From the NCBI GenBank assembly GCA_963809895.1, contig CAWELD010000010.1:992001-1056000 (forward strand): a stretch of DNA of 64,000 nt. The letters are read 5' to 3'. This DNA is from an uncultured Gemmatimonadales bacterium (GTDB lineage: Bacteria > Gemmatimonadota > Gemmatimonadetes > Longimicrobiales > Gaopeijiaceae). The notes beneath the pieces are model-generated. The model was given only the letters and a program-made list of their open reading frames with translations, did not search any database and was not told the origin of the DNA. A program made the position numbers and the translations under genes. This document shows positions 9,656 through 18,191 of the stretch, one piece after another. Each line of letters begins with the position of its first letter. Positions within the stretch are counted from its first letter, which is position 1.

Positions 9656-10723
9656 TCAGCGGAGGAGGAATCCCTCGGCGAGCGGGTCCGACGCATCGAT
9701 GATCCACTCGCTGCGACCGGTGATGTAGGCGCGCCCCTCGACCTCGGGCACCACGGCGGCGCGGCCACCGGGCCCCGCGATCTCCTCGACGATGCGGCAT
9801 GCGAAGCGGGACCCGATCAGGCTCTCGATGATCAGCGTCTCACCCACCGCGACCTCGCCGCGGGCGTGATGCAGCGCAAGTCGGCCGCTCACTCCTGTGC
9901 CGGTGGGACTGCGGTCCACCTCTCCATCCGCGAACACGCACACGTTCCGGCTGTGGTGCGCGGCGTCGAAGGCCTCGCTCACGAAAATGGTCCCGTAGAG
10001 GAAGGAGAGGTCGGGGCCCTCCGGGTGGACCGGGGGTGCGGTGCGGGCGACGGCGTCCTTGATGGCCCGTCCCGCTGCGATGATGCGGTCGGTCCAGGAC
10101 GGCTCCAGCTCCAGCCCGACGTCATCGGCCCGCACATAGGCGTAGAAGGCGCCGCCGAAGGCGAGGTCGTATCGAACGGATCCGAGGCCTGCCACTTCGA
10201 CGGTCTGGTCCAGCGCTGCGACCCAGGAGGGAACGTTGCGAAAGGACACGTCCTTCACCCGTCCACCGTGTACCGACGCCCGCGCCCGCACCGGACCCGC
10301 CGGGGTATCGATGACCAGGCGGGTCTCGGGCTCGGTAATCGGCACGAGTCCCAACTCCACCACCACGCGGGTCACGGCCAGGATGCCGTGCCCGCACATC
10401 GTGCTGTAGCCCGCGTTGTGCGTGAAGAGCACGCCGAGATCCGAGTCCGGGCGCTCCGGCGCGGTCACGATGCAGCCGTACATGTCCGCGTGTCCTCTGG
10501 GCTCCCACATGAGCGCGCGCCGGATGCCATCGTGGTGCGTCCGGGCCGCTGCGCGCCGTTGGCGAATGGACCCGCCGCCCAGCTCGGGAAACCCCGAGAG
10601 GATCACGCGTAGCGGCTCGCCTTCGGTATGGGACTCCACGGTGACGACGCGGCGGGCTCCCGGAGGGGGCTCCCAACTCCAGACCGCGTGGGCCCGGTCC
10701 GGTGGTTCGGCGGCCAGAGACAT
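9656..10723 (-). CDS. Proline racemase family protein, probable trans-3-hydroxy-L-proline dehydratase
   Basis: HTEGEP, EPRGH, MCGH and DRSPTGTG (Cys/Thr catalytic pair). Confidence 0.88.
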   Translation of the reverse strand: MSLAAEPPDRAHAVWSWEPPPGARRVVTVESHTEGEPLRVILSGFPELGGGSIRQRRAAARTHHDGIRRALMWEPRGHADMYGCIVTAPERPDSDLGVLFTHNAGYSTMCGHGILAVTRVVVELGLVPITEPETRLVIDTPAGPVRARASVHGGRVKDVSFRNVPSWVAALDQTVEVAGLGSVRYDLAFGGAFYAYVRADDVGLELEPSWTDRIIAAGRAIKDAVARTAPPVHPEGPDLSFLYGTIFVSEAFDAAHHSRNVCVFADGEVDRSPTGTGVSGRLALHHARGEVAVGETLIIESLIGSRFACRIVEEIAGPGGRAAVVPEVEGRAYITGRSEWIIDASDPLAEGFLLR

Positions 10724-10884
10724 GGCGGCTCCATCCCTTGCTGGGGTGAGGTGACCCGTGCCCTGGAGAGGATGGCCGCTAGTCGGTGCTCGCGCCACGG
10801 GGTCGGCTGTCGGCAGGCGCACCGAGCCCCTACCTTGTCGCCTGCGACCCGAGCAATCGCCGCCAGACCGGAGACGCCGCGCGC

Positions 10885-11598
10885 ATGGCGATGTGGGTGG
10901 GAACGAGCGGTTGGGCCTACGACGAGTGGAAGGGAGCCTTCTATCCGGAAGACCTCCCCGGCGAAGCCATGCTCGCCTACTACGCCGAGCGACTGGGCTC
11001 GGTGGAGGTGAACAACACCTTCTACCGCATGCCCCGCCGTGAGGTGTTACGGTCCTGGCGCGAGCAGGTCCCCGAGGGATTCCGTTTCGTGCTCAAGGCC
11101 TCGCGCCGGATCACGCACCAGGCCAAGCTGGGCCCCGACGCCGTGGATCCCCTTGGCTATCTGACCACGAACGCGGGAGAGCTCGGGGACAAGATGGGCG
11201 CGATCCTCTTCCAGACCCCGCCCTGGTTGAAGAAGGACGCCGAGCTGTTGCGCGCCTTTCTCGGGCACGTGCCCGAGGGCGTCCGCGCGGCGTTCGAGTT
11301 CCGCAGCACCTCGTGGTTCGACGACGAGGTGTGCGGACTGCTGGCGGAGCACGGTGCCGCCCTGGTCGCGGCCGACACGGGGAATCCCGACAAGGATCCG
11401 CCGCTCGAGGCCACGACGGACTGGGGCTACGCGCGGCTCCGACGTCCCGACTACGACGACAAGGACCTGGCGGATTGGGCCGCGCGACTCACCGGTCAGG
11501 GCTGGAACGACATCTTCGTCTTCTTCAAGCACGAGGACGAAGGGGCCGGGCCAGCGCTGGCGCGACGTTTCCTGGAACTCTGTGGGGGAAGCACGTGA
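10885..11598 (+). CDS. DUF72 domain protein
   Basis: VGTSGWAY..W.G.FYP, VEVNNTFYRMP, AFEFRSTSW, YARLR. Confidence 0.92.
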   Translation: MAMWVGTSGWAYDEWKGAFYPEDLPGEAMLAYYAERLGSVEVNNTFYRMPRREVLRSWREQVPEGFRFVLKASRRITHQAKLGPDAVDPLGYLTTNAGELGDKMGAILFQTPPWLKKDAELLRAFLGHVPEGVRAAFEFRSTSWFDDEVCGLLAEHGAALVAADTGNPDKDPPLEATTDWGYARLRRPDYDDKDLADWAARLTGQGWNDIFVFFKHEDEGAGPALARRFLELCGGST

Positions 11599-12116
11599 CC
11601 GTCCTCGACCTGAAGGACGTACAGGCTGTCATCGCCAGCGCCAAGGCCCGCGGGCTCGGGCCCCTCGAGCGGTTCATCCGCCGCCGCCTCCCCGACGCCA
11701 GCGACGAGCAGGTCCAGGAAGCCGCCGATGTGGCCGTCGAGGTGATCGAGAGCGTGCCGATCTTCCTGGCCCGCGCCGCCCAGGAGGCCGAATCCCGCCA
11801 TCTGGAGCCGGTGGTGCAGCCGCTGTTGAACCACGCGGTGGACTACTTCACCCGGCCCGTCGACGTCATTCCGGAGATGACGTTGGGGCTGGCCGGCCTC
11901 CTGGACGACACCTACCTGGTGCTCCGCATCCTCTCCAACCTCGAGAAGGGACCCGAGCCCTTCCTGGAGTGGGATCTGGAGCATCCCACCGCCTTCCTGC
12001 GGGGTTTGGTGGGGGAGGGAGTCGGGCGCCAGCTCGACCTCATCTCCATTCAGGCGATGGAGGAGGTTTCGGACCAGATCTCGCTGTTCTGGAGCCGCCT
12101 GTCGGCGCAGGCCTGA
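11595..12116 (+). CDS. YkvA/DUF1232-like protein
   Basis: YFTRPVDVIPEMTLGLAGLLDD resembles the DUF1232 motif; GTG start overlaps the DUF72 stop. Confidence 0.65.
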   Translation: MTVLDLKDVQAVIASAKARGLGPLERFIRRRLPDASDEQVQEAADVAVEVIESVPIFLARAAQEAESRHLEPVVQPLLNHAVDYFTRPVDVIPEMTLGLAGLLDDTYLVLRILSNLEKGPEPFLEWDLEHPTAFLRGLVGEGVGRQLDLISIQAMEEVSDQISLFWSRLSAQA

Positions 12117-13269
12117 CGGCGTCCAGAGCCTGCCGGACGTCGGAGACCAGGTCCCGCTCCGACTCGATTCCCACGGAGAGCCTCAGGAGCCCGTCCGCGA
12201 TGCCGGCCCTGGCTCGCGCGGACGCCGGCATGGAGGCGTGCGTCATGGTCGCGGGGTGAGCCACGAGGCTTTCCACCCCGCCCAATGACTCCGCGAGGCT
12301 GAAGTGGCGGAGACGGCTTGCCACCTGTTCCGCCGCCGCCCGACCCTCCGCCAGCTCGAAGCTGACCACGGCTCCGGGGCCGTCCTGCTGCCGCCTCGCC
12401 AGGTCGAAACCCCCATGGCTCGGCAGGCCCGGCCAATGGACCCGGCGGACGGCGGGGTGCCGGGCCAGCGCCTCGGCAACCGCCCGGGCGTTTCCGGCAT
12501 GCACTTTCATGCGCGCGTGCAGGGTGCGCAGGCCGCGAAGCGTCAGAAAGGCGTCGAAGGGGGATCCCGTCACACCCAGGGCATTGGCCCACCACGCCAC
12601 CTGTTCGAGAACGGACGCCTCGGCGGCCACCACCGCGCCACCCACGATGTCGCTGTGGCCGTTGAGATACTTGGTGGTGGAGTGCACGACCAGGTCCGCA
12701 CCCAGCTCCAGCGGGCGTTGGAGGGCCGGCGAGAGAAAGGTGTTGTCGGCCACCACCAACCCTCCGGCGGCATGACCCAGGGTGGCCGCCTGTCGAAGAT
12801 CGGTGATGCGCAGGAGCGGGTTGGACGGGGTCTCCACCCACACCAGATCGGTCGGCCGGTCCAGGGCCCGCGCCAGCGCTCCGGGCCGCCAGCTGTCGAC
12901 CAGCTCCAGTTGGAAGGCCTTCCGCCTCGCCAGCGCCGTGAGAAGGCGATGTGTGCCGCCATAGCCGTCGCTGGGCGCAACCACGCGTCCGCCCGCCGGG
13001 ACCAGGTGGAGCACCACGGTCACCGCCGCCATCCCCGAGGCCGTGACCACGGCCCCGCACCCGCCCTCCAATCCGGCGAGGGCCTCGCCCAGGAGGTCGC
13101 GGGTGGGATTCCCCGAGCGCGTGTAGTCGTAGCGCCGGGGACGGCCCGGAGCCTCGAAGGTGTACGTGCTCGACAGGTGCAGCGGCGGGATCACCGCGCC
13201 GTGCTCCCCGTCACGACCGACGCCGGCGCGGACCGCCCGGGTCTCGGGCCCGGTGTCGCGGGCGCTCAC
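12040..13269 (-). CDS. metB: Cystathionine gamma-synthase
   Basis: YTRSGNPTRD, ETPSNP, DNTF, HSTTKYLNGHSD (PLP lysine), SLGGVESL; GTG start overlaps the metX stop. Confidence 0.92.
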   Translation of the reverse strand: MSARDTGPETRAVRAGVGRDGEHGAVIPPLHLSSTYTFEAPGRPRRYDYTRSGNPTRDLLGEALAGLEGGCGAVVTASGMAAVTVVLHLVPAGGRVVAPSDGYGGTHRLLTALARRKAFQLELVDSWRPGALARALDRPTDLVWVETPSNPLLRITDLRQAATLGHAAGGLVVADNTFLSPALQRPLELGADLVVHSTTKYLNGHSDIVGGAVVAAEASVLEQVAWWANALGVTGSPFDAFLTLRGLRTLHARMKVHAGNARAVAEALARHPAVRRVHWPGLPSHGGFDLARRQQDGPGAVVSFELAEGRAAAEQVASRLRHFSLAESLGGVESLVAHPATMTHASMPASARARAGIADGLLRLSVGIESERDLVSDVRQALDAVRPAPTGGSRTARSGPKPPPSPEWR

Positions 13270-14279
13270 GGGTTGCCTCCCTGGTGAGCCGTGTCCGCCG
13301 GCCAGGGGCCGCGCACGGCCCGGTGCAGGAAGCGACCCACGGGGCCCGTCTCTTTCAGGAACGCGTCGTGCCCGAAGCGTGAAGGCAGCTCGGTACAGCG
13401 CACTGGCCCGCCGAGGCTCGCCACCAGTTCGCGCACCTGCCACAGGGGCACCAGCAGGTCGGACCTGGAGGCCAGCACCCAGGTGGGCGTCGACACGGCG
13501 GCGGGGTCCACACGGTGCAGATCCAGGCTCTCGGAGAGGGTGAGGAACGCGTCGGCGTCGAAGGACCCTGCGAAGGCCTCCCCACGGGCGTCCAGATACC
13601 CGTCCACCGGAAAGCGCACACCGTCGGGCGTCCAGCGGGGCGGCCCCTGGAAGCGCTGCTGGAACTCCTCCGGGGTGCGGTAGGTGGTCATGGCCAGCCC
13701 GCGGGCCAGGCGCAGACCCCGGTGCACGACGCCGGCGTCTCTGGCGAGACGAACGACCCGGCGTTGCAGACTGCGGAGGGCCGTCGCCATGGGATGGGGC
13801 GCGTGGGCGGCGCACAGCACCGCCAGGCGCCCGACGCGCTGGGCGTGTCGCTGGGCGAAGGCCAACGCCACCATCCCTCCGTACGAGGCACCCACCACGG
13901 CGTGCAGGCGAGCGAGTCCCAGCGCGTCGCACAACTCGCCCACCACGTCGGCCTGGACGGACGTGGAGACACCCGTCTGAAGCTCGCCCGCGGCCTGAGC
14001 CGTGCGGGCCGAGGCTCCGGCGCCGCCGACATAGTCGAGGCTCAGGAGGCGAAGGCGCTCCGGGTCCAGGGCCCGGCCCGGGCCTACCTGATCTTCCCAC
14101 CAACCCGGTGTGGGGTGGTCGGGCGACGAGGCGAGGTGCCGGCCGGCCGAAATGCCGCCCAGAACCACCACGGCCGGAGCGTCGGCCGGTCCGCGATCCT
14201 CGAAGGCCAGGTGGCCGCCGTGCGACAGGTGGACCACGCCGGTGCGCGCGCCCAACGTCACCGCGGCGCTCACGTCCAC
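13266..14279 (-). CDS. metX: Homoserine O-acyl (succinyl or acetyl) transferase, alpha/beta hydrolase fold
   Basis: LGGISA, GWW, GASYGG nucleophile, FGHDAFL; met operon context. Confidence 0.88.
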   Translation of the reverse strand: MDVSAAVTLGARTGVVHLSHGGHLAFEDRGPADAPAVVVLGGISAGRHLASSPDHPTPGWWEDQVGPGRALDPERLRLLSLDYVGGAGASARTAQAAGELQTGVSTSVQADVVGELCDALGLARLHAVVGASYGGMVALAFAQRHAQRVGRLAVLCAAHAPHPMATALRSLQRRVVRLARDAGVVHRGLRLARGLAMTTYRTPEEFQQRFQGPPRWTPDGVRFPVDGYLDARGEAFAGSFDADAFLTLSESLDLHRVDPAAVSTPTWVLASRSDLLVPLWQVRELVASLGGPVRCTELPSRFGHDAFLKETGPVGRFLHRAVRGPWPADTAHQGGNP

Positions 14280-15340
14280 CTCCCGGCGGCTCGCGTCGCG
14301 AGGATCCGTGCCAGGTCCGCCAGCAGCGCCCGGGCGGTGCCTGCGGCTCCCAGCCCGTGGCCCAGGTGCAGTCGCCGCCGACCGTCGTCGCTCTCGTAGA
14401 CGTACGCCACCCGATCTCGCGGAACGGCCAGGGGTGAGGTGCGGGGGAGGGACTCGTAGGCCACGCCCAGCACACCGCCTTCAGTCCGACGCGCGACCAG
14501 GCGCGTGGTGCGGCCCAGGCGCGCGTTGTGCCGAACCTCGTCGGGATCGAGGTCCCGCAGGTCCTGGGCGGGAATCGCCGCCGGGTCCACGGCGCGGCCG
14601 GTGAGCCCGCCGATGACCACCGCCAGCTTCACGGCAGCGTCCCGGCCCTTCAGATCCGCCGTGGGGTCCTCTTCCAGGAGGCCCAACCCCCGAGCGCGTG
14701 TGATTCCCTCCTCCAGCGTCGCCCCGGCCTCCATGGCCTCGAGGACGACGGTGGTAGAGGCATTGCCCGCCAGCGCCACCCGGCGCGTGCGGGCCCGGAG
14801 TCGGGGGAGCTCTTCCTGATACAGCCGTCCGGTGCCGCCCAGGGCCGCGTTGATGCCCAGGCGATCCGCGAGGCGAGGGGCCAGCCACTGGGGAGCCCGG
14901 GCCGCCAGCGCGTCCTTGGCCGCCAGGAGGAGGCCGCGGCGGCGCGCCACCACGCCCAGCGCCAGCGCAGCGTGCCAGCGAGGCCGGTCGGGGTCGGTGG
15001 CGGTGGCATCGATCACCACGTCGGCGCCGATGCGGGGAAGGAGCCGGTGGGCCTCGGTGTGGGAGGCGCCGGCCACGGCGCCCAGGGAGTGACGCTCCTT
15101 GAGGTCGGCCACGGCCGTGGGTTGTAGACCGTCGGGATGATACAGGGTGCCGCTGCGGTCGCTTACGGCCACGAGACGGACCCGGGTGGGATCCAGGGCC
15201 CGCAGGACCTCGCGGCCCACGGCGCCCGGACCCAGCAGATGCAGGGTCGGGAGGGGCGGAGCGTTCGTCGGCGAGGAGCCGGTGGTGCGATAGGCGTCGA
15301 GGTGGCCGGCGGACACGCCGGTGGAGGCGGAGCGGGACAC
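14270..15340 (-). CDS. hom: Homoserine dehydrogenase (short, divergent)
   Basis: LLGPGAVG Rossmann motif, EEDPTADLKGRDAAVKL, GHGLGAAGTA; first gene after the SAM riboswitch; GGAGGA RBS. Confidence 0.8.
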   Translation of the reverse strand: MSRSASTGVSAGHLDAYRTTGSSPTNAPPLPTLHLLGPGAVGREVLRALDPTRVRLVAVSDRSGTLYHPDGLQPTAVADLKERHSLGAVAGASHTEAHRLLPRIGADVVIDATATDPDRPRWHAALALGVVARRRGLLLAAKDALAARAPQWLAPRLADRLGINAALGGTGRLYQEELPRLRARTRRVALAGNASTTVVLEAMEAGATLEEGITRARGLGLLEEDPTADLKGRDAAVKLAVVIGGLTGRAVDPAAIPAQDLRDLDPDEVRHNARLGRTTRLVARRTEGGVLGVAYESLPRTSPLAVPRDRVAYVYESDDGRRRLHLGHGLGAAGTARALLADLARILATRAAGRWT

Positions 15341-15342
15341 GT

Positions 15343-15391
15343 GGTCCTCCTTGCGAGGGTTCGGATGAGCTCATCGGAACCCCGGAGGACC
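15343..15391 (-). promoter_or_regulatory. RBS-sequestering hairpin (riboswitch expression platform)
   Basis: GGTCCTCC pairs with GGAGGACC (the hom SD), enclosing GGGTTC..GATGAGCTCATC..GAACCC. Confidence 0.65.
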
Positions 15392-15470
15392 GGAAGACGT
15401 GGCCGCCTCGGCCCGGGCGAGTGCCCTGGCCGGCGCCGCGGGGTCGAAGGACCGCGCCACGCTCCGGCGA

Positions 15471-15585
15471 CTCATCTCTCGGCGACCGTTTCCGGTCCCG
15501 CAGGAGTTGGCACCACTCGAAGGGTCACCACCCTCGAAGGTTGCCCCGGCGTCTTCGGGCCTGTCCCTCAGCCGGTCTCGATGAG
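15471..15585 (-). ncRNA. SAM-I (S-box) riboswitch
   Basis: Minus strand reads CTCATCGAGACCGGCTGAGGGACAGGCCCGAAGACGCCGGGGCAACC...GGTGCCAACTCCTGC...GAGAGATGAG, a canonical S-box core with P1 CTCATC/GATGAG; upstream of met genes. Confidence 0.93.
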
Positions 15586-15593
15586 GCGGAAGG

Positions 15594-15623
15594 ACGCTAA
15601 TGCACGCGGGGCAGAGGGGTCAA
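15594..15623 (-). promoter_or_regulatory. Putative sigma70 promoter of the met operon
   Basis: TTGACC-N18-TAGCGT, ending 8 nt before the riboswitch. Confidence 0.55.
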
Positions 15624-15653
15624 GCCCCGTCCTCGAGCCGCGGCGCGGAGCTA

Positions 15654-16112
15654 GTACTTCTGTGCGCCGACGGGCTGAGTAATGGTGCCGTCGCGGAGGA
15701 CGGTCTGGAAAGCCACGCACCATCGGCGACGACGAGGTCATGGCACTCCTGCAGAAGACGCTGGAGACCGACCCTCCGGACGGCAGTACGCACTGGAGCT
15801 GCCGGTCCATGGCCAAGGCCACCGATCTATCGAAGTCCACGGTTCAACGCATCTGGTCGGCGTTCAACGTCCAGCCCCATCGGCAGAAGACCTTCAAGCT
15901 GTCCACCGATCCGTTCCTTGTCGAAAAGGTCCACGACATCGTTGCCATCCGCCGCGGGCTCCTTCTCCTCGGTCCAGCAGCTCGTCGACAAGATCCGCCG
16001 TTTCACCGACGCTACAATCCCCAGGCCGTCCCCTTCATGTGGACCGCAACCGCCGACTCCATCATCCAGAAGCTCGAACGACTTTGTCAGGCTATCTCTG
16101 GAACAGGACACT
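15654..16112 (+). mobile_element. IS630-family remnant, copy 1 (internally deleted, 5' truncated)
   Basis: THWSCRSMA, STVQRIW, FKLSTDPF then a jump to PFMWTATADSI..ISGTGH; DDE domain missing; appears identical to 19025-19483. Confidence 0.88.
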
Positions 16113-16287
16113 GGCCGGAGACGGTCAATCCAGATTCGTCGTGCGGGAGACATCTAACTCCGGTACCAAGTACTGTCCCAGCACGCACGTTACTGTACCC
16201 GACGACAGGGCGAGACTTGACCTGGATGGGTCGATCCTCACACCACCGGACCTCCGGCACCATGCGCGCGCCCACGCTCATGGTACC

Positions 16288-16323
16288 AGAGGCCACTTCA
16301 GGTGGAGAGGCCAGTTCAGGTGG
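16288..16323. repeat. 18-bp tandem repeat x2
   Basis: AGAGGCCACTTCAGGTGG followed by AGAGGCCAGTTCAGGTGG (one mismatch), 4 bp past the stop of Cys-rich protein A. Confidence 0.75.
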
Positions 16324-16327
16324 CTGC

Positions 16328-16702
16328 CTACCGATCAGCCTCCGCCACTGAGACAGGTCGTGTAATCAGCGCGCCTCCTATTCCCACGTCGAGCGCGGCC
16401 ACAACCGCGAATCCTCGTTCTGGACATCCGTCGAGTATACCTGCTGGAAGACCTACCTCACTGAGAGCTACCACACCGCCTCCGCTACATTCGACTTCGC
16501 CGCATGATGAGGTCGTCGCGGTACATGAGAATTCGCCTTCCCCCTCTTCTACGGTAACACAGCCGTGTCCGACAACATCACCATTCTCATTAGTGACGTT
16601 GGCACACTTCTTCTCGCAATACTGCGCCTCGAGCCGATGCGGGAGCAGGGCTGCCGATCCCAAGACGGCCAGTATGAGTAACACTCGTCGAAGCATGTTC
16701 AT
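16328..16702 (-). CDS. Small secreted Cys-rich protein A (124 aa, unknown family)
   Basis: Signal peptide ending LEA-Q; 7 Cys in the mature part; ATGA overlap with the propeller gene; paralog of 17723-18109. Confidence 0.8.
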   Translation of the reverse strand: MNMLRRVLLILAVLGSAALLPHRLEAQYCEKKCANVTNENGDVVGHGCVTVEEGEGEFSCTATTSSCGEVECSGGGVVALSEVGLPAGILDGCPERGFAVVAALDVGIGGALITRPVSVAEADR

Positions 16703-17748
16703 CCTCCCGAAATGAGTGAATAGGGTACTCTGTCAAAGGTTGGTGCCAACTTTTCTTCGGCCGCGACCCACAGGATCTGGCGCACTGAGTCCACCGCCGC
16801 CACGCTCTTCCACTCCGATGGTATGGGCTGGGATTCCAGGAGCCGGCCGTCAGGCGACCACAAGTCCAGAGACCGCTCACTGCCACGCGTATGTCCTGCC
16901 AACAACCATCCGTCTCCGACAGCGCGAGCCGTATGTGGCCTCAGCACCGGAACATCCAAGGTCTTATATGTCACTCGGTTTCCATCCACTTCTCTACTGA
17001 ATGCATCCTCAGGTCGGAATTCGGAAACCATCCTACTCTTCCATGTGGCGCTGGTGGTACCCTCCTCGGAAAGGACAACGATCTCGTAGGGCAACCGGCG
17101 CGTGTACACCAAGTGATCATCCCCAAGCTTGGTAAGGCCGCCCATGCCCCAGCGATCCAGCACCCAGTCAACAGCCACCTCCGGGGGTTCACCGAAAGAT
17201 CCTTGGTATCTAAGATGATCATTGAAGAGATGGATCGCGTGAGCAGTGCCTGAATCCCCCCATCTCGTCACACCGGCAATGGCGACCCCTCCCCCCGACA
17301 GTGGCACAATTCCGTCAACCTGCCGGAACCGAAAAGGGAGTCTCAACCGAGGTATGTCGTCAGTGGAGTCTGAGAATATCGTGAAATCCTGACGCTGAAG
17401 GTCGAACGCCCACAGGCGCTCCTCCCCATCGAAGGCGATACGGTAGAGGAGTTGAAACTCCCCAGGGCCATCGCCTTTTCCGCCGAATCGTCGGACTTCG
17501 TGACCACGGGCGTCCAGCTCGACCAACTCATTTGTTGCCATGTCTGCCACTATCAGCCCGCCGGCACGGGTCAAAGCGGTGGCAACGGGGATCCCGAGCT
17601 CAACGGCGGGATCGATCGGTACAGGCGTGCCCAGCTGAAGGATCGTGCTCTCTCGACCGCGTGCCGCTGAACCGAGGCCGGCGATGCAGAGGCAGAGCAC
17701 AACCCCTCGGGAACGCCACGGGCTACTTCGTTTCATCTTGCGCGGCAT
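16699..17748 (-). CDS. Exported 6-bladed beta-propeller (NHL-like) protein
   Basis: N-terminal hydrophobic segment; GLIVAD..., RRFGGKGDGPGEF, LWAFD blade motifs. Start 17748 or 17736. Confidence 0.75.
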   Translation of the reverse strand: MPRKMKRSSPWRSRGVVLCLCIAGLGSAARGRESTILQLGTPVPIDPAVELGIPVATALTRAGGLIVADMATNELVELDARGHEVRRFGGKGDGPGEFQLLYRIAFDGEERLWAFDLQRQDFTIFSDSTDDIPRLRLPFRFRQVDGIVPLSGGGVAIAGVTRWGDSGTAHAIHLFNDHLRYQGSFGEPPEVAVDWVLDRWGMGGLTKLGDDHLVYTRRLPYEIVVLSEEGTTSATWKSRMVSEFRPEDAFSREVDGNRVTYKTLDVPVLRPHTARAVGDGWLLAGHTRGSERSLDLWSPDGRLLESQPIPSEWKSVAAVDSVRQILWVAAEEKLAPTFDRVPYSLISGG

Positions 17749-18109
17749 GCGATTCAGCTACCCCATCCGGCGCCAGCCATGCGCCCCGTGCCGCATCCCA
17801 GAGAGCGACAATTCTCACCCGACCCGGCTGACACGCGATGACACTCGCGGCAGGTATGCCGTCCGACGCGAGGGCCACTACCAGACCGCAATCCAACTCG
17901 CCCCCGCATTCGTCGACATGGCCCGATTCGGCATAGACCTTACAATTGCGAAGTCCGGACTCTTGCCCGCCAATGCAGGCCGTCCCCACCCGATCACCAT
18001 TTTCGTCCGCTAGGCCTACGCAGGCTTCGCAGTCTTGGGCGGCTAACCCGGCGGCGAACACAGCCGAAATGACCAGCGCCCATCCAAGGACAAACGACGG
18101 TTTCATCAC
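17723..18109 (-). CDS. Small secreted Cys-rich protein B (128 aa, unknown family)
   Basis: GAGGGAGGG RBS; signal peptide ending LAA-Q; 7 Cys aligned with protein A. Confidence 0.8.
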   Translation of the reverse strand: MMKPSFVLGWALVISAVFAAGLAAQDCEACVGLADENGDRVGTACIGGQESGLRNCKVYAESGHVDECGGELDCGLVVALASDGIPAASVIACQPGRVRIVALWDAARGAWLAPDGVAESHAAQDETK

Positions 18110-18157
18110 CCCTCCCTCACATTTGGGTTTACGCAGGTCCCCTCTCTCGAATTCAAG

Positions 18158-18183
18158 TGCGGCGAGAGAGCGAAACGGTTTAC
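18158..18183 (-). promoter_or_regulatory. Candidate ECF-type promoter for the Cys-rich operon
   Basis: GTAAAC-N16-CGCA, resembling AAAC-N16-CGT ECF promoters. Confidence 0.3.
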
Positions 18184-18191
18184 CTTTGTCA

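Noticed and set aside
12040..12116. Convergent 3' overlaps (also 42604-42761)
   Set aside because: Low-complexity read-through tails are common in high-GC genomes or may reflect indel errors; no functional evidence.
12040..14475. 811-aa fused MetB from the ORF track
   Set aside because: The upstream half is an alternative frame over metX; real MetB starts at GTG 13269.
16087..16296. Possible third Cys-containing ORF in the island
   Set aside because: No signal peptide or clear RBS, no similarity to proteins A and B, and it runs into the IS630 remnant.
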